Shown piece by piece: positions 38,909 through 51,243 of a DNA stretch of 64,000 nt. Position 1 is the stretch's first letter, and the number at the start of each line of letters is the position of its first letter. The position numbers and the translations under genes are program-made. Origin of the DNA: Planctomycetota bacterium. Its GTDB lineage: Bacteria; Planctomycetota; Phycisphaerae; UBA1845. The stretch is from NCBI GenBank assembly GCA_016200265.1, contig JACQFE010000038.1, positions 13,539-77,538 of the forward strand. Direction: 5' to 3'. The notes under the pieces are model-generated. The model did no database searches, was not told the DNA's origin, and saw nothing but the letters and a program-made list of their open reading frames with translations.

Positions 38909-39424
38909 CTAAGCGTTCACTGTGGTGTTTGTCGTTTCAAGAATCGGCGTTGAGTTCGCCGCGGCAATGTTGACGCCGGCGGGCAGCTCAAGAGCCACCA
39001 GGCCGCGCATCCGCCGAAAGCCGAGTTCTTCGCAAAAATCCACTTCCGTGCCGTGAGCCAGTGCTTCAATTCGATCGGCACCCTGCAATCGGAGTACGTC
39101 AACGACCCGGCGGGCCATTTCGCGGGCGATTCCCGCTTCATCATGTTCCACGCGGCCGTCAGTGCGCGTCAGACACGCTGGACCCTGATACGCCGGATCG
39201 AGCTTGCATTCCGCCAGACGACCCCAGGTGCCTGCAATCACTCCACGAGCGAAACCAATCAGTTCGTCATGGCGCCGGGCGGTGACAAAACAGAAGGTGT
39301 TTTCTATCAGCTCCCGAACCTTGGTTCGATTCGCCGCGAACGAATTCCGCTGCCGCGCGTAGAAATCGAGCAGCTCGTCGACCGTCGGCGGCGAATTCGA
39401 TTCAAACACAATGTCATTGAACAC
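38909..39424 (-). CDS. GNAT-family N-acetyltransferase-like protein located between rpoB and rpoC
   Basis: 171 aa. LIGFARGV...AGIAREMARRVVDVLRLQGADRIEALA...FCEELGFRRM follows the GNAT motif A/B layout, with a divergent acetyl-CoA loop. The GTG start is preceded by GAAGGAGAT. It is on the same strand as the flanking rpo genes, with gaps of about 70 and about 78 nt. Confidence 0.68.
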   Translation of the reverse strand: MFNDIVFESNSPPTVDELLDFYARQRNSFAANRTKVRELIENTFCFVTARRHDELIGFARGVIAGTWGRLAECKLDPAYQGPACLTRTDGRVEHDEAGIAREMARRVVDVLRLQGADRIEALAHGTEVDFCEELGFRRMRGLVALELPAGVNIAAANSTPILETTNTTVNA

Positions 39425-39493
39425 GCTCGATCTCCTTCATCCAGATGCGATCGAATTCGCCGCCGCCGTCGCATCGGCGCCCGAATGCGGCCC

Positions 39494-43270
<3,777 letters not shown>

Positions 43271-43537
43271 CGACGGTCCTCTCGTTTCGAGGTCAACAGG
43301 GAACCTGTACCCATGGGCGATGCGCGCGGCACCGCGTCTGATTCCAACGACCATTCCGGGACAGGTTCAGGATCAAGGCATCCGGTAGACCGACGGTCCC
43401 AACGCGCCGGTCGTTCTCGCCTCAATCCGGAAATGAAATACTATGATGCGGCCGCAGCATTGCGTGACGGCCACCTTTCACTACGATTGCCGAGCAAAGA
43501 AGGTCAATTTGGTCCTGAAAAAGATTCAGCAAACAAA

Positions 43538-43945
43538 CTAACTGATCGTGACCGTACCGCCTGACTCCTCGAGCTCTTTCTTGAGTTTATCTGCCTCGTC
43601 TTTGGCGACGCCTTCCTTAATCGTCTTCGGCACACCCTCAACCAGGTCTTTGGCCTCTTTCAAGCCAAGTCCGGTGATGGCTCGGACGACCTTGATAACC
43701 TGAATCTTCTTGTCGCCAAAGCCCGTCAGAACCACGTCAAACGTCGATTTTTCGGCAGGAGGGGTCGCCGCTGCAGCTCCTCCGCCCGCAGCCGCCATCA
43801 TTACGCCGCCCCCGGCGGGTTCGATGCCATGATTGGTCTTGAGGCAATCGACAAGCGATTGCGCTTCTTTTACCGTCAGGTTCACGAGCTTATCCGCCAG
43901 CTCGGTAATCGCCGGGCCGTATTCAGCAGTAGGGGCCGAAGCCAT
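43538..43945 (-). CDS. rplL: 50S ribosomal protein L7/L12
   Basis: ...[46 protein letters not shown]...KK.LEE.G..V. Confidence 0.95.
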   Translation of the reverse strand: MASAPTAEYGPAITELADKLVNLTVKEAQSLVDCLKTNHGIEPAGGGVMMAAAGGGAAAATPPAEKSTFDVVLTGFGDKKIQVIKVVRAITGLGLKEAKDLVEGVPKTIKEGVAKDEADKLKKELEESGGTVTIS

Positions 43946-44080
43946 GGTGAAAACTTCCTTTCCTTAACGATTCGTCACGCCGATAGGCGGTCTGCCCGAT
44001 GCAGGCCATTTCATCCCAGCGAGCCGGGACCAATCAGCAACTGACATTGATGTACGAACAAAATAAGATTTCTTCTTGTG

Positions 44081-44102
44081 TGACCGACTTTCCAGTCGGT
44101 CA
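44081..44102 (-). promoter_or_regulatory. 9-bp hairpin with GGAA (GNRA) loop 9 nt after the rplJ stop
   Basis: Minus strand reads TGACCGACT-GGAA-AGTCGGTCA. It lies in an unusually long (166 nt) rplJ-rplL spacer. Confidence 0.35.
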
Positions 44103-44111
44103 AATCCAATA

Positions 44112-44624
44112 TCACGCGGCCTTATCCGCCAGCGTCTTCAGGCAGCCGGCGATCTTGCCGCCCGGCGAGCCGATACAACCGGCCAATCGCCGTCCCGGCG
44201 AGGCGATCAACATCGCCACTTCGCCGAGCAACTCCAGCTTGCCCTTCATTTTCGAAAGTTGTTCAACCGTCAGCAGGGACGCATCGCCCTCGAAGATCGC
44301 ATTCTTGAGCTTGAGTTTCTTGAATACCTTCGCGGCCTCGACGAGCATCCTGGCAACGTCAACCACCGATTGCTCAGTGGTGACCAGCGCACAAGGTCCG
44401 ACCATCGCCTTCCCCAGCGGCGCCAGCGGGCCGCCCTCAAACGCCCGGCGTGCGAGGCTGTTTTTGATCACTCGCAATCGCCCTGACTTGGCGCGAAGGT
44501 CTTGTCGCAGTTTTTCCTGTTGCTTGACGTCCAGACCCGAAAGCTCGACGACGCACGCGCTCGCGACGCCCGCGAAATCCTTCTTCAGGTCTTCGGTCAG
44601 CAATCCTTTGACGAATTTGCTCAT
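44112..44624 (-). CDS. rplJ: 50S ribosomal protein L10
   Basis: 170 aa with an L10-like sequence, positioned between rplA and rplL. Confidence 0.92.
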   Translation of the reverse strand: MSKFVKGLLTEDLKKDFAGVASACVVELSGLDVKQQEKLRQDLRAKSGRLRVIKNSLARRAFEGGPLAPLGKAMVGPCALVTTEQSVVDVARMLVEAAKVFKKLKLKNAIFEGDASLLTVEQLSKMKGKLELLGEVAMLIASPGRRLAGCIGSPGGKIAGCLKTLADKAA

Positions 44625-44642
44625 CGTCGCTCCCGATTCAAA

Positions 44643-45374
44643 TTACGCATGACTGACCGCCAGCAAGACCGACGGCGTATGCGTGCCATGTAATGACACT
44701 TTCTTGAAATACGTCCCCTTTGATGACACGGGCTTGATTCGCGTGAAATGCTCGATCGCCGCGTCGATGTTGGCCTTCAAATCCGCGTCCGCGAAGCTCA
44801 ATTTGCCCACCGGAAGGTGGATATTGCCGCCGTCGTCGTTTCGAAATTCAATTCGACCGGCCGCAAATTCCTTCACCGCGGAAACAATATCCTGAGCCAC
44901 AGTGCCCGCCTTCGGAGTCGGCATTTTTCCCTGTGGGCCAAGCACGCGGCCGAGCTTTCCAACCTTGCCCATCATGGAAGGATGAGCGATGGCCACATCG
45001 AACTCCGCCCAGCCGCCTTCGACCTTGGCGATCAGCTCCTCGGCGCCAGCTTCAATCGCACCAGCCTCTTTGGCTTTTGCCGCCGTGGCCGCATCGCAAA
45101 AAGCGATCACCGTTCGCGATTTGCCAATCCCCTTGGGAAGTGAAATCGCGCCGCGAAGCATTTGCTCGTTGTTCTTGGGGTCGATGCCCAAGTGTATGCA
45201 CAACTCGACGGTCTGGTCTTTCCCCTTCCGCTTCTTGCCGTTCTTGTACGAACGATCGGCCTTGATCACGCCCATTTTCTTTAGGCGAGCGATGCCCTCA
45301 TCCAATGCAAGCGGAGAATGATCGGTCCCGCGAACTTCCAACTGCTTCTGATATGCGACGCCGCGTTCGGCCAT
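44643..45374 (-). CDS. rplA: 50S ribosomal protein L1
   Basis: ...FDVAIA.P.MM..VGKLGR.LGP.G.MP.PK.GTV..D...AVKE...G..EFR.D..G..H...GK.SF. Confidence 0.95.
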   Translation of the reverse strand: MAERGVAYQKQLEVRGTDHSPLALDEGIARLKKMGVIKADRSYKNGKKRKGKDQTVELCIHLGIDPKNNEQMLRGAISLPKGIGKSRTVIAFCDAATAAKAKEAGAIEAGAEELIAKVEGGWAEFDVAIAHPSMMGKVGKLGRVLGPQGKMPTPKAGTVAQDIVSAVKEFAAGRIEFRNDDGGNIHLPVGKLSFADADLKANIDAAIEHFTRIKPVSSKGTYFKKVSLHGTHTPSVLLAVSHA

Positions 45375-45412
45375 GCCATTAACCTCTTATCCCACTGATT
45401 CAGCGGAATCTT

Positions 45413-45871
45413 TCAATCCACCACATCCACGCCCATTGACCTCGCCGTGCCGGCCACGATTCGTTCCGCAGCCGCAACCGTCGAACAATTCAAATCGGGC
45501 AACTTCTTCTCAGCGATCGCGCGAAGCTGGGCTTTCGTGACGACACCCACTTTTTCCTTATGCGGTACGCCACTGCCTTTTGCGACTTTTGCCGCATCTT
45601 TCAAGAGTACCGACGCCGGCGGGCTCTTTACCACAAAAGTGAATGATCGATCGGAGTACACATTGATCACTACGCCTACCGTCATCCCGTTCATCGCAGC
45701 CGTTTGCGCATTGAATTGCTGGACGAACTGTCCGATGTTGACGCCATGCTGACCGAGCGCAGGACCGATCGGCGGCGCAGGCGTCGCCTGACCGCCCGGT
45801 GCTTGCAGCTTGATCTGGGCCGTCATTTCCTTCGGCCCGCCTTTTCCTCCGCCTCCCGCTGCTTTTGCCAT
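45413..45871 (-). CDS. rplK: 50S ribosomal protein L11
   Basis: [35 protein letters not shown]... is the L11 N-terminal signature. Confidence 0.95.
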   Translation of the reverse strand: MAKAAGGGGKGGPKEMTAQIKLQAPGGQATPAPPIGPALGQHGVNIGQFVQQFNAQTAAMNGMTVGVVINVYSDRSFTFVVKSPPASVLLKDAAKVAKGSGVPHKEKVGVVTKAQLRAIAEKKLPDLNCSTVAAAERIVAGTARSMGVDVVD

Positions 45872-45886
45872 GATCTTGCCTCGCGC

Positions 45887-46513
45887 CTACTCGACTTTTT
45901 CCAACTGCCAATAGCCAACTTCCACTGATGTGGAACGCCCGAAGATCGTCACCAGCACGGAAACCATTCCTCGCCGATCGTCCACGGCCTCGACCTCGCC
46001 CTCGAAGCTCTCAAAGGCGCCATCGGTAATCTTGACCTTGTCACCCTTCTTGATCTGCAGACCGGACAGACCCGGCTGCTCTTCCGCCTTCTCCGAAGCC
46101 GCCAGCATCGCGGTGACTTCATGATCCGGCATACTGGTGGGCTTGCCATCGGAGCCGATGAAATCGCCGACACCGGTCGTTTCCTTCACGAGGAACCAGA
46201 CGTTTTCCGCGATCGAGCCGTCCTCCTCGCAGGCCATTTCTACGAAAACGTACCCGGGATAGAGTTTACGCTCGACAATCTTGAGCACGCCGGCCTTCAT
46301 GCGCTTTTCTTTGAGCGTCGGCACCAAAATCCGACCGACGCGACTTTCCAGGGCTTCGATTCGCACTTTTCGGGCGAGCGCATCTCGAACCTGCTCCTCC
46401 TTGTTCGACGCCACGCGGAGCACATACCACTTCATGCCCGGCGCGCTCAGCGGAACCGTCTCACTTACGGCCGGGGGGGAAGCGACAGATTGTCCTTGCT
46501 CCTGCTCGGTCAT
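45887..46513 (-). CDS. nusG: Transcription termination/antitermination factor NusG
   Basis: MKWYVLRVASNKEEQVRDAL... (NGN domain) and a C-terminal KOW (KGDKVKITDGAFESFEGEVEAVD). The ATG at 46513 overlaps the secE stop (ATGA). The track ORF start 46789 is over-extended into secE. Confidence 0.92.
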   Translation of the reverse strand: MTEQEQGQSVASPPAVSETVPLSAPGMKWYVLRVASNKEEQVRDALARKVRIEALESRVGRILVPTLKEKRMKAGVLKIVERKLYPGYVFVEMACEEDGSIAENVWFLVKETTGVGDFIGSDGKPTSMPDHEVTAMLAASEKAEEQPGLSGLQIKKGDKVKITDGAFESFEGEVEAVDDRRGMVSVLVTIFGRSTSVEVGYWQLEKVE

Positions 46514-47067
46514 TTCTTGAGCTTCAGAACGCCGATCGCCTGGAACAGCGTTTGGAAAACGATATCCACGACGAACAAATACAGAGCCATTGCCATGGAG
46601 AACAAGATCACCACTTTGGTGGACCCAACGACTTCCCGCCGGCTCGACCAATTTACCTTTTTCATCTCGCCTTCCGTTGCAATCATGAAGTCGCTGGCGG
46701 ATCGGTTGACGTAGGCCGCCCACCAGATCAATCCACCCATGATCACCAGGAAAAGAATGGGGATACCCGGCGTAATCAACAAACGCCAAGCTTCGTCGCC
46801 TTCGTACGGTTGCAGGCGCTCATACAAAAAGTACGAGCCCCAGGCCGCGAGTGCGGCGCCGCACGCCACAGTTCCCATCCGAATGGCCTTGCCTTGTTCA
46901 GGTTTGTATTGCTTGAAAAAACCGCCGCCACCACCCGTAGGTCGCGGACCAAAGTCATCGCCATTTCGGGTTGAAGGCGGCTCGCGAGGCGGATTCGCCG
47001 GTTCACGGTCGGTTCGCTGTGGCGTAATTGTCGTTGTGCTGGATTCATCCATTGAAATGTTCGCCAT
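46510..47067 (-). CDS. secE: Preprotein translocase subunit SecE (long form, with Pro/Gly-rich N-terminal extension)
   Basis: The C-terminus ...EMKKVNWSSRREVVGSTKVVILFSMAMALYLFVVDIVFQTLF is the conserved SecE TM segment. It sits in the canonical position between tRNA-Trp and nusG. Confidence 0.82.
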   Translation of the reverse strand: MANISMDESSTTTITPQRTDREPANPPREPPSTRNGDDFGPRPTGGGGGFFKQYKPEQGKAIRMGTVACGAALAAWGSYFLYERLQPYEGDEAWRLLITPGIPILFLVIMGGLIWWAAYVNRSASDFMIATEGEMKKVNWSSRREVVGSTKVVILFSMAMALYLFVVDIVFQTLFQAIGVLKLKK

Positions 47068-47138
47068 CAGACCGGTTTCCGCCGGACTCGGTCTTCCTTC
47101 CTTGCGCCCTTCGCTTCTTCACCAGCGGCTTCTGCCGA

Positions 47139-47211
47139 CAGGAGCGGAGGGATTTGAACCCCCAACCGCCGGTTTTGGAAACCGGTGCTCTGCCAATTGA
47201 GCTACGCTCCT
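47139..47211 (-). tRNA. tRNA-Trp (anticodon CCA)
   Basis: Minus strand AGGAGCGTAGCTCAATTGGCAGAGCACCGGTTTCCAAAACCGGCGGTTGGGGGTTCAAATCCCTCCGCTCCTG. The anticodon arm is CCGGT-TTCCAAA-ACCGG. Confidence 0.92.
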
Positions 47212-47242
47212 AGCAAAACCCGTCCGCATTCCGGCTCAACCA

Positions 47243-47410
47243 CTACTTCCGCTTGATTTTGTGGGCCGTATGCTTCCGCTCGCGCGGACAATATTTGGAC
47301 AGTTCCAGCTTTGGCGTGCCACCAAGCACGCTTACCGTCGTGCGATAATTCAAGTCATCGCACGTTTTGCACTGGAGCCAGACATATTCTCGTTTAACTG
47401 CTTTCGCCAT
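47243..47410 (-). CDS. rpmG: 50S ribosomal protein L33
   Basis: This 55-aa ORF is not in the track because it is under 60 aa. Manual translation gives MAKAVKREYVWLQCKTCDDLNYRTTVSVLGGTPKLELSKYCPRERKHTAHKIKRK. It has a Zn-ribbon C..C...C..R.H pattern and the canonical position upstream of tRNA-Trp/secE. Confidence 0.9.
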   Translation of the reverse strand: MAKAVKREYVWLQCKTCDDLNYRTTVSVLGGTPKLELSKYCPRERKHTAHKIKRK

Positions 47411-47424
47411 AATTCACTAAATGC

Positions 47425-47492
47425 CGAAGAGCGAATGGCGAAGATCGAAGCGTGTTTTTTCCGGAATCCCGATCCACCGTATTCGCTCTTCG
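47425..47492. repeat. GAA-heptad block plus inverted partner forming a 12-bp-stem hairpin in the tuf-rpmG spacer
   Basis: gaagagc gaatggc gaagatc gaagcgt occupies 47426-47453. CGAAGAGCGAAT (47425-36) pairs with ATTCGCTCTTCG (47481-92). Positions 47425-47445 are identical to 12043-12063. Confidence 0.8.
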
Positions 47493-47498
47493 CTTTTC

Positions 47499-48704
47499 TT
47501 AATCCGCCAACACTTTCGTCACTACACCCGAACCCACCGTGCGTCCGCCTTCGCGAACCGCGAATCGCAGACCTGATTCCATTGCCACGGCCTTGAAAAG
47601 TTCCACGTTCATCGTGATGTTATCGCCGGGCATGCACATTTCGGCGCCTTGCAGCGTCAGTCCGCCGGTGACGTCCGTCGTGCGGAAATAGAATTGTGGG
47701 CGATAGCCGTTGAAGAACGGCGTATGTCGTCCGCCTTCCTCCTGCGTCAAAACGTAAACCTGTGACTCAAACTTCTTATGTGGGTGAATCGTGCCCGGGG
47801 CTGCAAGCACCTGGCCTCGTTCGATTTCTTCTTTCTTCGTACCGCGGAGCAGGCAGCCGACGTTGTCGCCCGCGATACCTGAATCCAGCGTCTTGTTGAA
47901 CATTTCGACGCCGGTGACAGTTGTCTTTTGAGTGTCCATCAGGCCGACGATTTCGACTTCCTCGCCGACCTTGATCTGTCCGCGTTCGATACGCCCAGTA
48001 GCGACCGTGCCGCGACCCTTGATGCTGAACACGTCTTCGACGGACATGAGGAACGGCTGGTCGATGTCGCGCTTCGGCATAGGAACGTAGGTGTCCAATG
48101 CAGTCATCAACTCATCGATGCACTTAGTTTTCTCGGGATCCTTCGGATTCTGAAGGGCGGGCAGCGACGATCCACGTATGACAGGAACGGCATCGCCCGG
48201 GAAATCGTACTTGGTAAGTAGCTCGCGCACTTCCATTTCGACGAGGTCCAGGAGCTCCGGATCGTCAACCAAGTCGATCTTGTTCAGGAACACGACGAGG
48301 CACGGCACGTTCACCTGGCGAGCCAGAAGAATGTGTTCACGAGTTTGAGGCATCGGACCGTCCGCGGCGGACACGACGAGAATAGCACCGTCCATCTGGG
48401 CCGCGCCCGTGATCATGTTCTTCACATAATCCGCGTGTCCCGGGCAATCGATGTGCGCGTAGTGTCGATTCGCGGTTTCATATTCAACGTGTGAAGTTGC
48501 GATCGTTAGAATTTTCGTGGGATCGCGGCGACCTTGCGATTCCGACGCCTTGGCGACTTCGTCATAGGAAATTGGCTTTCCGAGTCCTTTTGCCGCCTGA
48601 ACCGTACAAATCGACGCAGTCAGCGTCGTCTTGCCGTGATCTACGTGCCCGATGGTGCCCACGTTGACGTGGGGTTTCGTCCTTTGGAATACGTCTTTCG
48701 CCAT
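47499..48704 (-). CDS. tuf: Elongation factor Tu
   Basis: [30 protein letters not shown]...[26 protein letters not shown]... Confidence 0.98.
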   Translation of the reverse strand: MAKDVFQRTKPHVNVGTIGHVDHGKTTLTASICTVQAAKGLGKPISYDEVAKASESQGRRDPTKILTIATSHVEYETANRHYAHIDCPGHADYVKNMITGAAQMDGAILVVSAADGPMPQTREHILLARQVNVPCLVVFLNKIDLVDDPELLDLVEMEVRELLTKYDFPGDAVPVIRGSSLPALQNPKDPEKTKCIDELMTALDTYVPMPKRDIDQPFLMSVEDVFSIKGRGTVATGRIERGQIKVGEEVEIVGLMDTQKTTVTGVEMFNKTLDSGIAGDNVGCLLRGTKKEEIERGQVLAAPGTIHPHKKFESQVYVLTQEEGGRHTPFFNGYRPQFYFRTTDVTGGLTLQGAEMCMPGDNITMNVELFKAVAMESGLRFAVREGGRTVGSGVVTKVLAD

Positions 48705-48920
48705 GTAAAACCTGCCTCCACTCGCCCGATGGCGACGCCACCGGAAACCATGTGCAAATCAACGTTTCGAGCCCGCCACAAGCGGCCTCGTTAACCAACG
48801 TCCTTACGCTTAGTACCGTTTGCAAATGTCAGGCCGATTTACGCGTTGCGGAAATTCGACGCTGAAATTATTGCGCTACGACACCTGTGTCTTCAAATCT
48901 GGAACCGCCAAACAGTCGAA

Positions 48921-48993
48921 AGCTGCTGACGGGAATCGAACCCGTGACCTCGTCCTTACCAAGGACGCACTCTACCAGCTGAGCTACAGCAGC
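48921..48993 (-). tRNA. tRNA-Thr (anticodon GGT)
   Basis: Minus strand GCTGCTGTAGCTCAGCTGGTAGAGTGCGTCCTTGGTAAGGACGAGGTCACGGGTTCGATTCCCGTCAGCAGCT. The anticodon arm is CGTCC-TTGGTAA-GGACG. It sits in the classical position upstream of tuf. Confidence 0.92.
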
Positions 48994-49452
48994 GCGAATC
49001 CCGATGCATCGCCTGCACCAGCCAACAAAGACGGCTAGATACCGACACTGAAGCCGGCTAGTCCGGGCCGCACTGGCAATGCTGCAACTCTGTTCGATCC
49101 AATCACGATCGAAACGCGCGCAAGTCCAGAGCCGGGCTACTGTATCCAGTTATGGATCGCTGTCAAATCCATGATCAAGCTCAGCATTGAAGTTGTTTTT
49201 TGTGCAACAATCGCTCGTACCATTGACAATATGGTCTGGGAATGGCAGGAGGCACGGGGACATTGAAGCTGCAAATGAGTAAGGGTTGTCGAGTTGGAAT
49301 AAGAAGTATTACTGGCAATATTGCATTTATAATGCAGTGTTAATGGAGCGGGTTTGTGAGCCCAGTCGTTCGAAAATTGACACACACTACTTTCCCGCGA
49401 AGAGTTCATCCATTGTGTTCGCGAAAGATCGCCTAGGTACGGGAAAAATTCA

Positions 49453-51243
49453 GTGAGCATACTTCCAAAGCCAGTCCCGCCGACATATCGAATCGCGCCG
49501 AGAGGCGAACAACCGATCGCCGTTGTGCGGCCGCCACGTCGCGCTGCGATTTTCATTCCGGCGATTGTGTCGTTTGTGCTGGGTGGTGGCTTGTTTTTCC
49601 TTGGACCGTTTGAGTATCCGGGCCGGGCATCATTTCGAATTGGCAGAACCCCCAGCGGCGATATTCCTCCCATTGATTCCACTACATCGCAGATCAACAT
49701 CGTGCAAAGAGAGCTTGCTGCATTCATGTCGGAAAATCATGCGATTGCGGCGTCTCCGAATGGATTGCTGCGCTGGCAGATTGATGCTGCCGACGCAAAT
49801 TCGTTGGAACTGCGAGTCATTTATTCTGCTGCCGCACATGCGAATGCCCGACTTCGTGAAGTCTCCGATTCTTACCTTGCGCAACTTAAGGAAGTTGGTC
49901 GAGTGCGGCGCACAATGCCATCGCAGGCCGAGCAAATTCTTGGTGAATACGTTGGACAACTGGAGACGCGTGTTGCGTCGGCCACGAAACTCGCGGACGA
50001 AGCGGAAGCCGCACTTCTAATTGCCGATCCCCGGGTCGACCGGAAAGCACTGCTCGAGAAATGGCGGAATTTGCGTGGAGATTTGCAGGTTCGCCGCGAC
50101 GAGCTGCGAAACACGACCGCCGAATTGGACCGTCATCGCATTGAATCGATCCCTGTTTCAGGAATCGTCAATTCGGAGGATCGCAAGACGGCCATCGAAT
50201 CAGACGCCGCGCTGACTGAAGATTTACGAGAACTCACCGTCCGCTTTACGGAGGTCAAGCGGTTCATTCAGAAGGTGAATGAGGATTCGCGCGAGCCGCT
50301 CGACGCCACGGGAACGGCCGCCGATCAGCTTACATCCGCACTTTCAAGTGCCGATCGGGCGAAGCTTGATCGGACAACAGGTGAAGTACTCGACAAGCTC
50401 CAACAAGATGCAGCGGGGTTTGTGTCGGCGTTGGCGACGTTTGCGGACGCCTGGCGCGGCGCCTTTCGCAGCGTCGATCAAACTTCGATCGATAATCAAT
50501 CGGCCTCTTTGTTCGATCAACATCTTCGATTGGAAATCCTTTTGTCTTCGATGCTGTTCGACTCCGGCAAGCGGCTGACCACGATGCGCACGCAGATCGG
50601 CGCGATAGAGCAAAGTCCGACGGACGACGCGCGGCACCACGTGCTGATATCCGAAATCACTCACGGCTTTCAGGCGATGCAATCGTCATTTCATCGCTTC
50701 GAATTCGCTGCGGGAGCGATCGACAGTCGGAACAATTTCAGGCTTGATGCCGCACTTCGCTCCGCGCGAGGCCTGCATCGCCGAACGCAGGAGGCTATCT
50801 CGCAAATCGACAAAGCGCTTGCGAAGCAGGCCGGCGAACGCGCCAAAAAAGAACACGAACTCGCGACGGTCCGGGCCGAGGAACATCTGGCCCGGCTTCG
50901 AGCGGCCTCCGAACAATCCGTCGATTTGTTGCTCACCGCGCAGGATGGAATTAACACGGCCGACAATGTGAATGAAAATCTGGCACGGGCCGCGCTTCGG
51001 GCTGAACTCGCGGCCGCACACGCCCGCTCCGCACAAGAAGACCTCGACCGCGCTCGCAGTCAATTGCAGGCGCTGACAACTCAGCGCATGAGCAGCGACA
51101 TCAGCGAAGGCATAACATTAGCGTCGTGCGCGGTCGATTCGCGGCCGTCGAATCTTCTCGACCGCGCCTGGACCAGCGCCTTGGCCGCCATGTGCGTGTT
51201 TATCACGCTGCTTGTCGTACAGCTTTGGACGACACGAACTTGA
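49453..51243 (+). CDS. Hypothetical bitopic membrane protein with long coiled-coil ectodomain (Wzz/polysaccharide-co-polymerase-like topology)
   Basis: There is an N-terminal TM (AAIFIPAIVSFVLGGGLFFLGPF), about 480 aa of helical/coiled-coil sequence, and a C-terminal TM (ALAAMCVFITLLVVQLW). The PCP-like call rests on topology only. GTG start. Confidence 0.45.
   Translation: MSILPKPVPPTYRIAPRGEQPIAVVRPPRRAAIFIPAIVSFVLGGGLFFLGPFEYPGRASFRIGRTPSGDIPPIDSTTSQINIVQRELAAFMSENHAIAASPNGLLRWQIDAADANSLELRVIYSAAAHANARLREVSDSYLAQLKEVGRVRRTMPSQAEQILGEYVGQLETRVASATKLADEAEAALLIADPRVDRKALLEKWRNLRGDLQVRRDELRNTTAELDRHRIESIPVSGIVNSEDRKTAIESDAALTEDLRELTVRFTEVKRFIQKVNEDSREPLDATGTAADQLTSALSSADRAKLDRTTGEVLDKLQQDAAGFVSALATFADAWRGAFRSVDQTSIDNQSASLFDQHLRLEILLSSMLFDSGKRLTTMRTQIGAIEQSPTDDARHHVLISEITHGFQAMQSSFHRFEFAAGAIDSRNNFRLDAALRSARGLHRRTQEAISQIDKALAKQAGERAKKEHELATVRAEEHLARLRAASEQSVDLLLTAQDGINTADNVNENLARAALRAELAAAHARSAQEDLDRARSQLQALTTQRMSSDISEGITLASCAVDSRPSNLLDRAWTSALAAMCVFITLLVVQLWTTRT

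Noticed and set aside
49137-49727. 196-aa minus-strand ORF upstream of tRNA-Thr
   Set aside because: It has low-complexity composition, overlaps the start of the plus-strand membrane protein gene, and has no motif or RBS. It was treated as non-coding; see the finding on the 459-nt gap.
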